Shown: piece by piece, positions 1 through 15,584 of the stretch
How positions within the stretch are numbered: the stretch's first letter is position 1
Layout: each line of letters opens with the position of its first letter
DNA from: the human T2T-CHM13v2.0 reference genome, Homo sapiens
Assembly: GCF_009914755.1 (NCBI RefSeq)
Contig: NC_060925.1
Reading direction: 5' to 3' (one strand)
DNA length: 64,000 bases
Translations under genes and position numbers: made by a program
The notes under the pieces: generated by a model
The model's input: the letters and a program-made list of their open reading frames with translations, nothing else
Databases searched by the model: none
Told to the model about the DNA's origin: nothing

Positions 1-1100
1 TTTCTTGGTGCAGCTGTTCCATGGTTGACCCCAGTTGCATTAGTGATATTAGGAGAGGTGGGTTGAGTTGTTAAAGGATTAGCTTGGTTTGCTGGTCACT
101 GATGATGAAGGGAAAAGCTGAGGAAATATTTTTAGCCAAAATTTTAGCCCATGTACTTTGTTATTTGTTTGGATGGCAACCCATGAGTGAAATAGTATTG
201 TAATGACTACTGGACAAATGAAGGCTTGAAAGAGTTACTGAAAGTCATACTCGTATCAAATGGCAGAGTTGAAACTCAAACATGCTGCCACTATCCACTG
301 TTTGCTAGAACTCTCAAGTCCCTGTATCTGCAATTGAGGAAAGAATAGTATTACACAATCTTGCACTGCCCACTGCCAGCCCTAAGCACAGTAGATACTA
401 CTGCCTTTCATTTTACTGTAGGACAAAATCTCTTGGTCTATGCCAGGGACATCAGTGTAAAAACTAGATGCATAGGAAAAGTAGGTCACAGAAAGTTAAG
501 CATGTCGTGTCCCTGCCCTCCTTATCATCCTCTGAACCAACCCTCTCCATTCCTCCGCTGAAGCCCCTCTCTGCTCTTCCTTTTTCCGTATCTGGATGGC
601 TCTCCTCCTGCCTGGCTTCATTTCCAAATCTTTCCCCTAAAGCCCAACTGAAATCCCACTTTTCCATGAAATTCTTCCTGAATCATTCAATCTTTATCTT
701 TTCCCGTTTTCTCTGAACCCCTGTCAAGTAAAATGTAGCCATTGTGCAGTGGAAATTGCATCAGGCTGGGAATCAGAAGTCTCTGGTTATAGTCCTTCTG
801 TTCTGAAACCGACAAGTTCAGGCTCCTTAAACAAGTCATGTAACTTCTTCAGGTCTGTTTCTGCTGCTGCAAAATGGGATGGGGAACATCAGAATAAATG
901 TTCTTTAAGGGCCATAATCAAAATGAATAATACGTAATTTTTTCACATAGTTAGGTACACATGGTTAGATACATGGTTAGAACATTTATCAGGACTACTT
1001 CATTCGTAAATTTTGTTTCTACAGTAAAATTTATAAGCCATATTATAAATTTCCTTTATAACCCCACAAGGCCTGGTTCATTGATAAATTTGGTTATACT

Positions 1101-1394
<294 letters not shown>

Positions 1395-1431
1395 TTGGTT
1401 ATACTTTGATTGATTGGAAAATCACTTTGTG

Positions 1432-2108
<677 letters not shown>

Positions 2109-3244
2109 TACATTGTGTTGTGTACAAAGGAGCACCATGCCCACAAGAAGAAGGACATGCGATGTTAGCAAATAGTTTGTTTTCCTAATCTATGGAGGCA
2201 GAAAGAGAAGTGAGGTTTAAATAAATGATTTCCAGACTACTCTTGAATTTTAGGAATATCTCAGTCTAAGTTGGCAATGGCAGCATCTCTGTTATTGGAT
2301 AAATTTGTTTTAACTTCATGCAGACTTTCGTTATCAATTAATCCAGGTGAAAAAAGTAGAAGAAAAAATGTCAGTAGTATGGCCATATTTTCTATAAAAT
2401 ATATTTACATATATCTGCATGTGTGTGTGTGTGCGCACGCATTTAGATATATAAAATGGAAAGAAATACAAAATATAAACAGTGGCTACATCTGGGGGGG
2501 TGGGATTATGATGTGGAACATTTTCTCTCATTATAATTTTCTCTAATTTTCAAATTTTCTAAATGTTATTGCATTTTCAAATAAGCCTCATTTTGAATCA
2601 TATAAAAACTACAGTCCCATTAAGCCTGAGTTTAGTTTTAGCAACTCACATATGGCAGGTTGTTACTTTGGCTCCTTAAAAGTCATTTCCAATCTTTCCC
2701 CGATTTGAATGTGCTCAGAAAAGTAAATCATCTCCCATGCCTAAATCACATCTTAATCCTCTTAGAATTGGGGATGTCAGGGCTCTGGGAAGGGTCTTGT
2801 AGTTTCTAGAGTTTGAAGAAGCAGACAAGGCAGGGAATGGGACTGTAGCCTGGTTGTATGTACATTTAAAATGCAAGACACATATTTCACCCAGGGTTTC
2901 CCTCCCCTGCCTCGTGACAGTTTTGCATAAAGGGATATTGAGAATTTAGAAGAAACACTATTGGCATTTGAAGACCAATTAGTCTTGTGGATCTCCACCC
3001 CAAGTTGTATAACACAAAGGTCCTCTCACTCAGCAATCTCTTCTTCCTGGGAAGAGAACCTGGGGTCACAGCTTGAATTCAGGGCTCTCCTCTCAGCAAA
3101 GGTGTCTTTTGCTAATAAGCTTGAATGCCTGAAACTGCAGCTCTCCAGTTAATAATGGTTACTTAAAAATGTCTGTCTGATTCTTTAAGGCTAGCACAAC
3201 TGAAAAAGCCATTCATTATAATAAATACACTATCCCTACACAAC

Positions 3245-3573
3245 TGCTATAGTTTTAATGTCCTTTCCAAAATTCATGTTGAAATTTAATTGCCATTCTA
3301 ACGTATTACAAGGTGGGAACTTTAAGAGGTGATTAGGTCATGAGGGAATTGGTACCATTATAAAGGAGTGAGTTTGTCCCCTTCTTCCTCTCTTGCTCTT
3401 CTGCCTTCCACTATGGTCTGATACAGCAAGAAGACCCTTGCCAAATGCCAACCCCTTGATCTTGGACTTCCCATCCTTCACAACTGTGAGGAAAGAAACT
3501 TCTGTTTTTACTTTTTTTATAAATTACCCAGTCTCAGGTATTCTGTTATAATGGCAGAAAACAGACTAAGACA
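3245..3573 (+). mobile_element. MaLR solo LTR, MST family (MSTC/MSTD-like)
   Basis: TG...CA termini (tgctatagttttaatg ... aaattacccagtctcaggtattctgttata...gactaagaca); 5-bp TSD acaac/ccaac. Confidence 0.85.
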
Positions 3574-3629
3574 CCAACTTATTCACATTTGTGATGAGTA
3601 TAAGTCAACAGATTTCAGTTATGCTTCTC

Positions 3630-3770
3630 TCATTCGTTATTTCATTTCCATATTTAATAAGCATTATTGATTGTTTACTATGTGTCCTGCCCTGAGCCAG
3701 GCGTTGAACACACAACAAAAAACAATGCACTCAGCCTGATTCATGAGCTGAGAGTCTAATGAGGGCTACA
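3630..3770 (-). mobile_element. L2 LINE 3' end fragment
   Basis: cattattgattgtttactatgtgtcctgccctgagccagg matches the reverse L2 3' terminus. Confidence 0.6.
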
Positions 3771-5399
3771 GTTGAGTACACAGGCAATTACAGGACAACA
3801 GACAATTACAGTGCTGGATTTGTGAACCAATTTCTCAGATAGATACCAAAATATTTCAAGGTGTACAAGACTTTGCATGAAAGTACTTGCATAGAAGTAC
3901 AAATTAGTTTGCTTAAATGAGGGCTGACTACTGTTGAGACCAGTATATTGATCTTCCAAAATGAAGTGCTTTTCTGTTTAAAAGAGGTCAAATGTGCCAC
4001 CTATCTAAGCTCAGTAAGCTCAGGCATCAGATGCACCTTCTAAATAATAGCAACTTTATTTGCAAAGCATCTTTTATCCTGTTAGTCTATAACATGCTTT
4101 ATAAACTCAATAAATGACTATAATATATTTTTATAAACATTGGTTAAAACACCGACATTTTAATATATTTCATGTCATAAAGTATATTAGTTTTCTAAAA
4201 AAGCCCTCCAACAGTAATTTTGTTAGTACTTACATTAAAAGATGCCACTTGTACTTCATAAAACATATCAACCTGCTGACAGAGGATAGCAATTTTTTCT
4301 CTTGATAGGAACATAGTTTCCTAACAAACTACTGGGTCTGCTTTATGTTTCTCTCCTCATTTTCCCTGACCTGATTTTATAAAAGTAAAAACTGAAGAGA
4401 TGATGAGAACAGAAGATACACACACAATCACCTTTCTGGTTGATAATCCTGCTGCGATCTTAGTGTAATGTTAATGGGCCAAAAATGTGTGTGTTGTTAA
4501 TTTAGTGACTTGTGAGAAAGCATCTGGAGTTTAATGTAGCAACGTCGACTATGCAAAAAAATGTAATCATAATGCTGGCAAGGCTCAGTGCTCTAGATGA
4601 AGCCCAACTTGTTAGTCAGCGCCACAAGGGCATTTAAACCCAAGCTGGGGACAGGGCAGTTCACAGGAAATGCCACAACATGTTCCCAGATGCCTCAGAT
4701 CGTCCACCATTTGGTTATAATAGAAAAACAATTTGAGGGAGAGCTTTGCATAAACAGATGGAAAAGGAGCACATTTTGGAAAAAGGGAAGAGAATAAGGA
4801 AATGCTTTGTTCTTGCTTTTGTTTTGCTTTGTTTCATGTCACTTTACATGTCCTTCATCTCATAAGTCATTAAGATATATCAATAAGTACTTTTTTGTAG
4901 AATATATACTCAGTTTCCACAATGACATCACATTTAGAGATATCTCTAGACATTTGATAATATCGAGTCCTCTGTGGAGGAACAATAGTGGATGCTTGTT
5001 TCCTGGAAAGCCAGTTGGATGAGGAGAAGAAAGAAACAAAAACATGAGTGTTTGGAGCTGTATTTCATTCTCTTCAGAAGGCAAAGAAGCTGGTAGCAAG
5101 TGTTTTGTTCATTTGCTTATTTAAGCTATGTCTGTGATATTTTGACATCATCATTTTCATTGCAGATAAGTAATTTGATGTCTAAAATGTGTGCGTATTA
5201 ATGTTAGAATTCTCTGGAGCTAATAACTGAGCATTCTGAGAATGTATATCATCAAAAGGATTTACTTGGCCTAAATTTTATTGCAGTTATATAGGGAACA
5301 ACTTCACAAACCACTCTTCTGGGGTGGTTTGTATGAAGAAAGTGGAAAGGGTCCCTTAACATTGGGGTTTATATTCACATGTGGTTGGACCCAACATTC

Positions 5400-5630
5400 T
5401 ATTCGGCATAGATGTATCATTCCAAGTCCTGCTTCCATCTCCAAGTTTATTTAGTGACCTTAGGCAAGTCACTCTGTCCCTTTGCATGACTTTTTTTTCT
5501 GTTTGTAAATAGGGGACAAATAGTATCCACCCTATATGTTTTTTGCAAGATTAATGGTAGCACCAAAGGAAAAAAAAGTATGCAAAGTTATTGTGGAAAC
5601 ATAAGTAGTTATGTACATTTAATAGTTTGT
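5400..5630 (+). mobile_element. MIR SINE (degenerate)
   Basis: gtgaccttaggcaagtcact...tgtaaataggggac matches the MIR core. Confidence 0.65.
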
Positions 5631-6925
5631 TGTTATACTAAAATAATTTTACCATACCAGCTGCTTGTCCTAAGGGTTTCTAAGGGGTACGAAAGCTTTA
5701 TAGAGCAGCTGCTTTCAATGATTTAGACTTTCTATATGGAAAATAGACATCCCTGGAAGGGACTGGGAGAAGTATATAAATACATATATGGGCAGAGTTA
5801 CCAGCAGCCAGAACGGATTTCATGACAGTTCATTCTCTCCCTGTAAACTCCAGGAAGGTATGGGAAGAAAACTGATTTTAATGTGAGTGTCTCCCTTTTA
5901 ACCTTACTGGACACATGATGACATTATTTCATCATATGTAATAATATGTCTGTGTGCAGGTGATGGTTTCTGGGCTATTTTAAGTATCTCTGCCTACATA
6001 CATAGTTAGACAACCTTCAATTTGTCAGAATCTTATTGCAACAAAAATTGACCTCCAGTCACATGTTCATTCTCATGATCCCATACAGACCATATGTAAT
6101 TGAAATATAGAAGAGATAAAGTGAATAAAAATAAGCATCAAAGGTTTTATCGTTATTCTTCCCTTCTATTCCCTATCCACTCCTGTTTTCCTCCAATAAC
6201 GAAAAAGTATGAGAAATAGAAGACATCTAAAGTAGAAGAGAGATTGTCAAATTGTTATTTATTATCTCAGAAGTTATTATAGAAGGAACTCCCAGGTCTC
6301 TGTAAAAGAGTCAGCATTTCCTCCTACCTGTTGACATCCTTCCTCAAGCCCTCACTACACAAAGAGGAAGCACTTTCTCTCTAGGAAGAAGTGATGGGTC
6401 ATGGCAAGTTGACAGATAATTACAGGAGAAACAGAGGGCACCATTACCAGTGTTTGAGATGGTTGATGTAAAGTGAAAAATTGAGACTTAACTGAACGAC
6501 TTTCACAAAACAAAATGAAATTCCCAAATACTCTGGAAGGGTGTAGCAGAGAGGGCTCTAAATTAACCCTAACCCACTTCTATTTTCTCTTAGGCCACCC
6601 GCTAAGTAAACTACGTTCTCCACTCTCCTTTCAGTGACATGAGCTGTTCCTGCAAAGAAGTAGTTAAGAAGTGGGAGCATGCTTTCCTCCTATTCTCTGC
6701 CCCTCATCAACCAGCTGAACAGAAAAGACTTAAAGGAGATAGAAGAGGACAGGGATGATATAAGGTAGGATATTAAACAGGAATTTATATGAGTAAGAAT
6801 ATAGCCTACATTAATAGATAAAAAGAGAAAGACATTGTCTTTCTAAACTGAATTTATAGAGCCATTCCACTGACCAGTGAAATCACTGACAAAGCTGTGA
6901 CCGAATGACCCTCTAGAGTCTACAC

Positions 6926-7423
<498 letters not shown>

Positions 7424-8492
7424 TTCTAGAGACTTTCGCAGCAGGACAGACCTTAAAACACGTTTGCAGAGGTAAATGGCCCAGTGCTTCAAACTTTGAC
7501 ATTTTGATACATTCTTCAGGCATATATGTAAATATTGGAAGAATACACTGGAACAAAGGCATTTCTGACACTTTGCTGCAAGACAGAGTCAACTTGGGAA
7601 GAAACAAGACTTGCATCAGGTTAATGAGCATTAGGTTTGCTTAGTGCCTCGAATGATCCCAAGCCTGTACATTGCCTGTTTTTGATCATTAGGGCAGGTA
7701 GAGGATTTGTGTGGGGTGGGAAGAGATAGAATAGTCTCAACATGAAATAGAAAGTAGTTTTTTGTTGTTGTTCTAGTGCATATTTAAAGGAGCTGAGACC
7801 CCCCAGAACCTCAAAGCTTGGAAAGTTTTGCATACATTTCCAGCAGTGTCCTGAGTGCTCAGAAGAAGTGGATATAGTGCTGTGTTAGATGGTCCTATTA
7901 GCAAGAGAGCCTAGGAGGGCACACAGTCAGCCTCTTCTTTACCAACAGCTGCCCTTTTGTTCTCAAGCCAAAAGAACTGTAAGGGACAAATACTATGCAG
8001 CCCCTACTTTATCATGGGGCACAGCAGAAGAACCCCATAAAAATGCTTAATCCCAGGGGCAGAGTCTTACCCACTTGGATGGCAGTAAAAAAAGGAAAGC
8101 TATACCATTTGCTTTCTGCTGTCTGACCCTTCTATGGTGCCGTGTTGTACCCAGAGGGTCAGGTTCATAAATAACCCCACCTCCAGGCTGGCCCCTATTC
8201 ACATCCTATCAAGGGAGGCAAGACGAGATTTCATGGGTCAGCTGGGGGAGATTTGAAGGCCTAACCTGTAGGTCACATCAATCTCAAATGTGTTTCCTTG
8301 CCTGCTTTTTGTTTCATGCTCAGCCTAGAGAGATTCTCTCTTCTGGGTGAAATGGACTCTCCATTCCCTTCCCCTGCAATGACCAATACCAGGATGGTGG
8401 CCCTTTATCAAGACAGTATGTACTGTTAGAAGGGTCCACACACAGCCTAAGAGGAAAAGATGGGAGAACTAGAACAAGATTGATGTCTGTGA

Positions 8493-8740
8493 CAGCCCGG
8501 GCTGGGGATAAGGTAAGGCAAGCAAAGCCCACAGTACACTTTCCTCGGACACAAAACTAAAGTGTTGCCAAAAAACCTCAATAATCAACATAAATAACAT
8601 TTTAATGCAACAGTTTTTGAAAAGTGACAATCATGCAAAAAATTCATGATGAGCAAAATACCAAAAGTTTAAATAAAGACAGGATCAGTATCACTGAGTT
8701 TTCCTCTTGCTCTGGGCTCCAAAGGTTTTACACAGCACTG
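8493..8740. mobile_element. hAT MITE, MER96B-like
   Basis: cag...ctg termini; internal aataatcaacataaataacattttaatgc...aaataaagacaggatcagtat matches the remembered MER96B consensus. Confidence 0.6.
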
Positions 8741-8904
8741 TTGGCGACAGTCAGCGACAACAGTGGAAATAAGTTCAGTTGCATATAGAATAGACAGGTG
8801 GGTGATTAGTAAAAGCTCATTCTCTGAGGTCAGAATTCCTAGTGTAAAAAAGAAAGAGAAGAGAGAGAGAGAGAAGAAAGACAGAAAAAGACAGGGAAGA
8901 GGAA

Positions 8905-9120
8905 GAAAATCTACTGAGCACTTATAGTGTGAGGTATTGCATTAAGTACATTACATGTATTAATTCATTTGGTCCTCAAAACACTATGAATAAAATACCA
9001 TCATCAGCACTCTATCAACAAGGATAGACACAGAGAGGTTAAATTAGTTGTCCAAGTTCACATAGTAAGTGGTAGAGCTGGGATACAAACCAAGGCTTCA
9101 GAGTCCTTATTTTTAAGCAG
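8905..9120 (-). mobile_element. MIR SINE
   Basis: gacacagagaggttaaattagttgtccaagttcacatagtaagtggtagagctgggat. Confidence 0.8.
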
Positions 9121-10849
9121 TATGAAGACAAGAAAGAGAAAAAAGCCAGGAAGGAAATGAAAGGGAGAGAAAGCAGCAGAGTTCTTTGTATTTGCCAATA
9201 GCAAAGGAAACATGAAGAAATGCTGGCTGTTTGATGAAGACCATTTTAGCATCTTTGAACCGGAGACAAAAGCATATTTGAGGCACTTGCTGTCGTGCTG
9301 GCACAAAATATCTACTTAATGTTGGTTGTTTTCACATCCTGACATCTCCCAATTGACAAGGAAATGCTTAGCATGCCATGAAATGAACAGGAGCCAGAGC
9401 TGAGCAGACGCGGCTGCCGGGCAATGGCGGGGATTGCCGCCTGTCTGCTTATTCATCCTGCTCCCTTCAAAACAGGTCTCACTCTGCCTCGCTGTCTCTA
9501 AATTGTTTTCCATAGAACTTAGAAATAACATACAGATGTGGGCATGTATTATTTATTTACTTATTTATAGGTTATATCTGTGCGTATTGTGTAAGTATTT
9601 AAAACCTGACTTGACCCAGTGCAAAAAGAATGATGTCTCAATTGCAGGAGGGGACACGTTGTACAGGTTTAAGTATGATAGATGGGACGACCTCCCTTGC
9701 TTAGTAAACTGCAGTGAGAGAAACTGAATAGCCCTGAAATTAGAAGGAGGGTGGGAGGGGGAGGGTCATGCTGGTGTAATATTACTGGAACAAGATGCAG
9801 AGAAAAGTAATTTACTCTGAAGTGACAGTCTGAAGGCAAAAAATAAACTAACAGGAGGGAGTTTAGGCTTATTAGCAGCCTGGTCTCAATATTTCATTAT
9901 TAATGATAATAAAAAGAAGAAAGGAGGGAGAAAAGGCATATGAGCGTGTATGCTCCCCCTGCCTCTCCCCACACACACAGCGAGCTCAGAGGCTCACAAT
10001 AGCACAGGCTCCTGGACTCCCTTTTAGGGCACAATAAAAGGCACCTCCAGGAGAAAGGAAACACCAGGCAGGATGAAGAATGGGTTAGCTCTGGTTCTTG
10101 TTGGCTCTCGTCTAAATGCCTGAATTGGTGGGGCCTCTCTGCAGGATTCTGGCTGATTTATTAGAACCTCTGCCTCAGGCAACGAAGCCCCCAACTATTG
10201 CTCTGCAGCTTGGCCTGGGTGAGCAACACTGAAAAGGGAGACCACGCTGAGCTGCCCCTGGGATTTCTCAGGCGATGCTCCTCTGGGTGGGAGGCAATCA
10301 CTTTTGCCTGAGATTATATATTGTCTGCACCTAGGCAGGGAAGGAACAAAGATACTGGGATCAATAGCTATGGTCTGGCTATAAAAGAAAACAGGATACA
10401 TCCCAGAGATTGTGGCTAAAACCTAAAAATAAAATTCTCCAGTAAGCAATCATGTTGAATTTGATTTAATTTAAAATGGCAAAAAAGCCATCAGGCTCTA
10501 CCTGTTGCCCTAATAAAGAAAATAAAAATCATCCTCCATGCCACCAGCTGCCCCTACTGACGAGTAGTTTGCTGGGAATAACTAACACATTTTCTTCTTG
10601 ACAGTGATCCTTGTAGCTCACCCAGTCTGGCCTGGTCCATTTTTTCTGGTTTCTTGGACCATTTCTGAACACTTTAATATGGTTATATTAATGTTAATAC
10701 TATTGGACAAAACAGCAACTCCTTTCTGCTGCTCTCACCCAATGGCCTTGAGCAATTGAAAACATATTCAAGGTCATTTTTTTTCTATGGTTTATGTGCT
10801 CACAGTGTATTAACATGACAGAATTATCCAGATGACTAATAGCTATATG

Positions 10850-11950
<1,101 letters not shown>

Positions 11951-12235
11951 AAGATAATTGTTAGTATAACAATGGCATTGCAGTCAGTGAGTCTAGACCT
12001 GGGGCACACATTCTTCATAAACTATGTAAACACATGGGCAGATCTGTCTGTGGACAACTGTATCTAGTAGCCCCCAGAGGCCAGCCTACCCCACTCCATT
12101 TGGTAGCTCAAGATGCCTATGTTCTTTCTTTTGTTGTGATTTTATTTCCTTCCCTCATGTCTGAGTGCTCTTTGTTTCTCTCCTCTAAATCCAGAAACTT
12201 ATGATGTCTCAGATGGGGCAGAGGAGCCTCTGGAG

Positions 12236-12430
12236 CAGTAGTCATCAAGGTATTGTCCTAGGACCAGCTGCCTCAGCATCATGTGGGAACTTGTTGGAAA
12301 TGTAAATATTTGGATCTCAACCCCAGATCTACTGAATCAGTAACCTTGGAGGTGGACACTCAGCCACCTGCACCTGTGTTTGAAAAGCCCTCCATGTGAT
12401 TTGATCCATGCTAATGTTTAAGAACCACTT
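12236..12430 (+). mobile_element. MER5A hAT-Charlie MITE
   Basis: cagtagtc...ctactgaatcagtaacc...aagaaccactt; 8-bp TSD ctctggag/ctatggag. Confidence 0.85.
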
Positions 12431-12438
12431 CTATGGAG

Positions 12439-12825
12439 CCTCACTGTCCTATAGGGCAGTCACTCACCACACGTGGTTATTGAGTCCTTGAAATATGTCT
12501 AGTCTGAATTGAGATGCACAAGCGTAAGACACACATCAGGTTGCAAAGACATAGTACAAAAAAAAATGTAAAAGTTCTCATTAATCATTTTTATATTGAC
12601 ATGTTGACATGATAATATTTTTGATATTTGGGATTAAAATGTACAGTAAAAATTGTCCCTTGTTTCTTTTTACCTTTTTAATGTGGCTACGAGAAAACTT
12701 AAATTTATATAAGTACTACGTTTTAGGTTGGTGCAAAAGTTACCACAGCTTTTGCCATTGCGGTCAATGGCAAAAACTGCAATTGTTTTGCACCAATCTA
12801 AATACTATATTGTAATTGGACAGTG
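12439..12825 (-). mobile_element. MER33 hAT-Charlie MITE containing a nested MADE1
   Basis: ctgtcc...ccacacgtggttattgagtccttgaaat...ttaatgtggctacgagaaaa...attggacagtg. Confidence 0.8.
12723..12801. mobile_element. MADE1 (Hsmar1-derived ~80-bp mariner MITE)
   Basis: ttaggttggtgcaaaagt...ttttgccattg cggt caatggcaaaaa...ttttgcaccaatctaa: palindromic terminal inverted repeat (TIR) pair. Confidence 0.92.
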
Positions 12826-12833
12826 CTCTGGAG

Positions 12834-12996
12834 CATTACTGCTCCAATTCCAATACGTATGGGAATCTGGGAATCTGTTAAAGTGCAGATTCTGATTCAG
12901 TGGGTCTGGGGTGAGAGCTGAAATTCCGCATTTCTAGCAAGCTCCCAGGTGATACCCCTGCTGCTGGCCTATGGATCACACTTTTGAGTGGCAAGG
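12834..12996 (-). mobile_element. MER5-family MITE (MER5A1/MER5B-like)
   Basis: gcagattctgattcagtgggtctggggtg...gcatttctagcaagctcccaggtgat...cacacttttgagtggcaagg. Confidence 0.8.
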
Positions 12997-13104
12997 CACC
13001 AATATATTTTGGTAATATTTCTGAAAGTAGTTCTGGTGCCAAGGTTACACCAGGTTTTACGTCCCAAGTCTGCTTCTTATTAACTATGTGACCTTGGACA
13101 AGTC

Positions 13105-13405
13105 TTTTTTTTTTTTTTTTTTTTTTATAGACAGGGTCTCCCTCTGTCATTCAGCCTGGAGTGCAGTGGCATGATCATGGCTCACTGTAGCCTCAATCTC
13201 CTGGGTTCAAGTGATTCTTCTGCCTCAGCTTCCCCAGCAGCTGGAAGTATAGGCACATGCCAACACACCTGGCTAATTGTATTTTTAGTAGAGATGGGGT
13301 TTTACCATGTTTACCAGACTGGTCTCAAACTCCTGGGCTGAAGGGATCCACCCACTTTGGCCTCCTAAAGTGTTAGGATTACAGGTGTGAGCCACTGCGC
13401 CCAGC
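13105..13405 (-). mobile_element. Alu SINE, AluJ-like, inserted in a MIR
   Basis: acagggtctc and gatcatggctcactgtagcctcaa (J diagnostics); TSD tggacaagtc. Confidence 0.93.
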
Positions 13406-14304
13406 TGGACAAGTCATGTTTTAATGAAAAATGGAGATAACAGAAATAATCTCACAGGGTTACTGCAACATTTAAACAAAACGTCATTGATGAAATTATT
13501 TTTGTTTTATCAAAGCCAAATAAATCTAAATTTTTACTCTACATCTCTCCCCACCTCTCACCCCTGCAACACACATAGAGATATTCTGGGTGAATGATGA
13601 ATGGAAACAATTTCCCTAGTTTTTGAGATGATTCAGGGCTACCAAAAGGTAGCCCAATTACTTAGCTATTCCAAATCATCTCCAAATTATCTCTGCATGG
13701 ATTAGCTGAATCATTGCAACCAAGAAGTCATCTGAGAAGGAGGATAGAATTTGGCAAGCATTTCTCTCAGAAGCATTTGGGGATTGGGGTCAATGCTGAC
13801 TTGTTACCTTCCCAAAGCGTGAGGCTCCAAGGAAGGCATTATCCTAAACATCCAGCTCCAGGTCTCAGAGTATCAGAGCATTCTCAAGGCGAGGGGGATC
13901 CATCAGATCAGGCTTCATCTGCAATTAGCAAGAAACTAGACTCCTAGAAAGAGCCGCTGTATGACCTGAAGGAAAAGAGAACAGTACTGGCCATGTGACT
14001 GTGTCATCATTAGGAAGATGGGGAAGGCGGAGAAAGATGCATAAAGCAATAGTCCCTTAAAGCATAATTATCATGCATGTTGGCAGCACCCATATGGTGG
14101 AGATGAGCCCAGCTTTCTCTCTAGGGCTGCAGTGCTGGGAATACAAGATGGCAGGAGAAGACAATGAGATTCTCAGAAACAGTAACTTTGCACCAAGCAC
14201 TGTGCTAGGTCCCTGAGATGGAAACAGCTGCAATTTGCTTTGTCAAAGGAAAGAAAAAGAGAAAGTGTCTTGTTATCCACCAGCACCAAGCAGCCCCTCA
14301 TTTA

Positions 14305-14365
14305 CGCACACACAGACACACACACAGACAGAAACACACACACACATACACACATGCACACACAT
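14305..14365. repeat. Imperfect (CA)n microsatellite
   Basis: cacacacagacacacacacagacagaaacacacacacacatacacacatgcacacaca. Confidence 0.85.
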
Positions 14366-15300
14366 AGAGTTTACTTATTCCTTCCCCAGCCCAGCAAAAG
14401 GGGAGAGGAATACAGAGAGTGTCTTCTTTCAGGAGGGTTACTAAATGGAATTCCTGGACAAAGTAGGGCAGGTCATCCCTGAGTATTCTCCAAGCAGTTT
14501 TCTCTAGAAAGGGAAAGACCATGTTGTACAGAGGAAGACTCTTGCCCTGCAACATCCATTTCTAGCTTTGTTGGTGGCACGTGTCATGCACAGTCCAGAA
14601 TGCTACATAAAACCAGACCCACAGCACTAAGTAGCAATGGCTTCAAAAGACGAGATCTATTTACAAGCTACACTAACCCACAGAGAGCAGATTAGTTTTC
14701 CCCTTCCTGGGCCTTACGTGCAACATCTTTGAAATGAGAGGGTTTGACAAAGTGGTCTACAAAGTCCCCTCAAGCCACGATATTCTGCTATTGTAAAGGG
14801 TATTTGCTTATGTAAAATGTCCCACCTAGTAAGGAACCTCTTTGCAGACAGGGTACATGTGGTTGCCCTGTGAAAGGCAGGTGCAACTGGAGAAGGGCTG
14901 GGAGAATACAAACACCATGAAGATGTCCCAAAGAAATAGTATCTGAGAGGCCCAGGAAATGAGCCTCCCTGGGACAGCAGATGCATTTGTTCTCCACTCC
15001 TTTGAAGAAAGACCTCCACTGTGTGAGGAGGAGAATTTGGGTTCCAGAGTAGGAGCTAGAGGTGAAGTGAGTGGGGCAAAGGAGGGTCTAAGCAAATGGT
15101 GACATTTGTCATCAGGGCCTCCTAATTTCCTCATACCTCCCTCACACTCCAGTCCAAAGGATCTTTGTGGTCTCTTCCCTCTCTTCCTGCTCGACAGGAA
15201 ATATCTGATGTTAGTCTCAAGAAAAATAATGAAATTAGTATTTCAGAAACTGCTATATGCCAGGCACTTACATAAAGGATCTCATTTAACTTTTGCTATT

Positions 15301-15474
15301 AGGGCCAAGACTAGGATGAGGCTAGGAAGGCACCTACTGTTCAGGGTACAAAGCAAAAGTGATCCCAGGGTTGTAAGTGCAGTGAATACTACTGTACAAC
15401 CCTAAGCGTGGGCATCACCTTAAATTGCATCTAGCCGTCTCCTCTGCCTCACTGCACCTGCCCTTCTTTGCCCT
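15301..15474. mobile_element. hAT MITE, MER96-like
   Basis: agggccaagactaggatgaggc...ccttaaattgc...gccct; degenerate TIRs. Confidence 0.55.
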
Positions 15475-15584
15475 ACTTGTACTTGTATTTCCATGCCTTA
15501 AATATGGAATCTGCCATAAAGAGATCCAAAGTCATGTGGCCACAGGATTAAATTAAGACCCATCTGATTGGTCTACCCCAGAAA

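Noticed and set aside
945-982. Three ~12-bp imperfect repeats (acatggttagat), plus similar short duplications at ~28046, ~47298 and ~48208
   Set aside because: These are common slippage-scale duplications with no further structure.
4610-4640. CTCF-like motif cagcgccacaaggg
   Set aside because: It matches only part of the core and is too weak without ChIP data.
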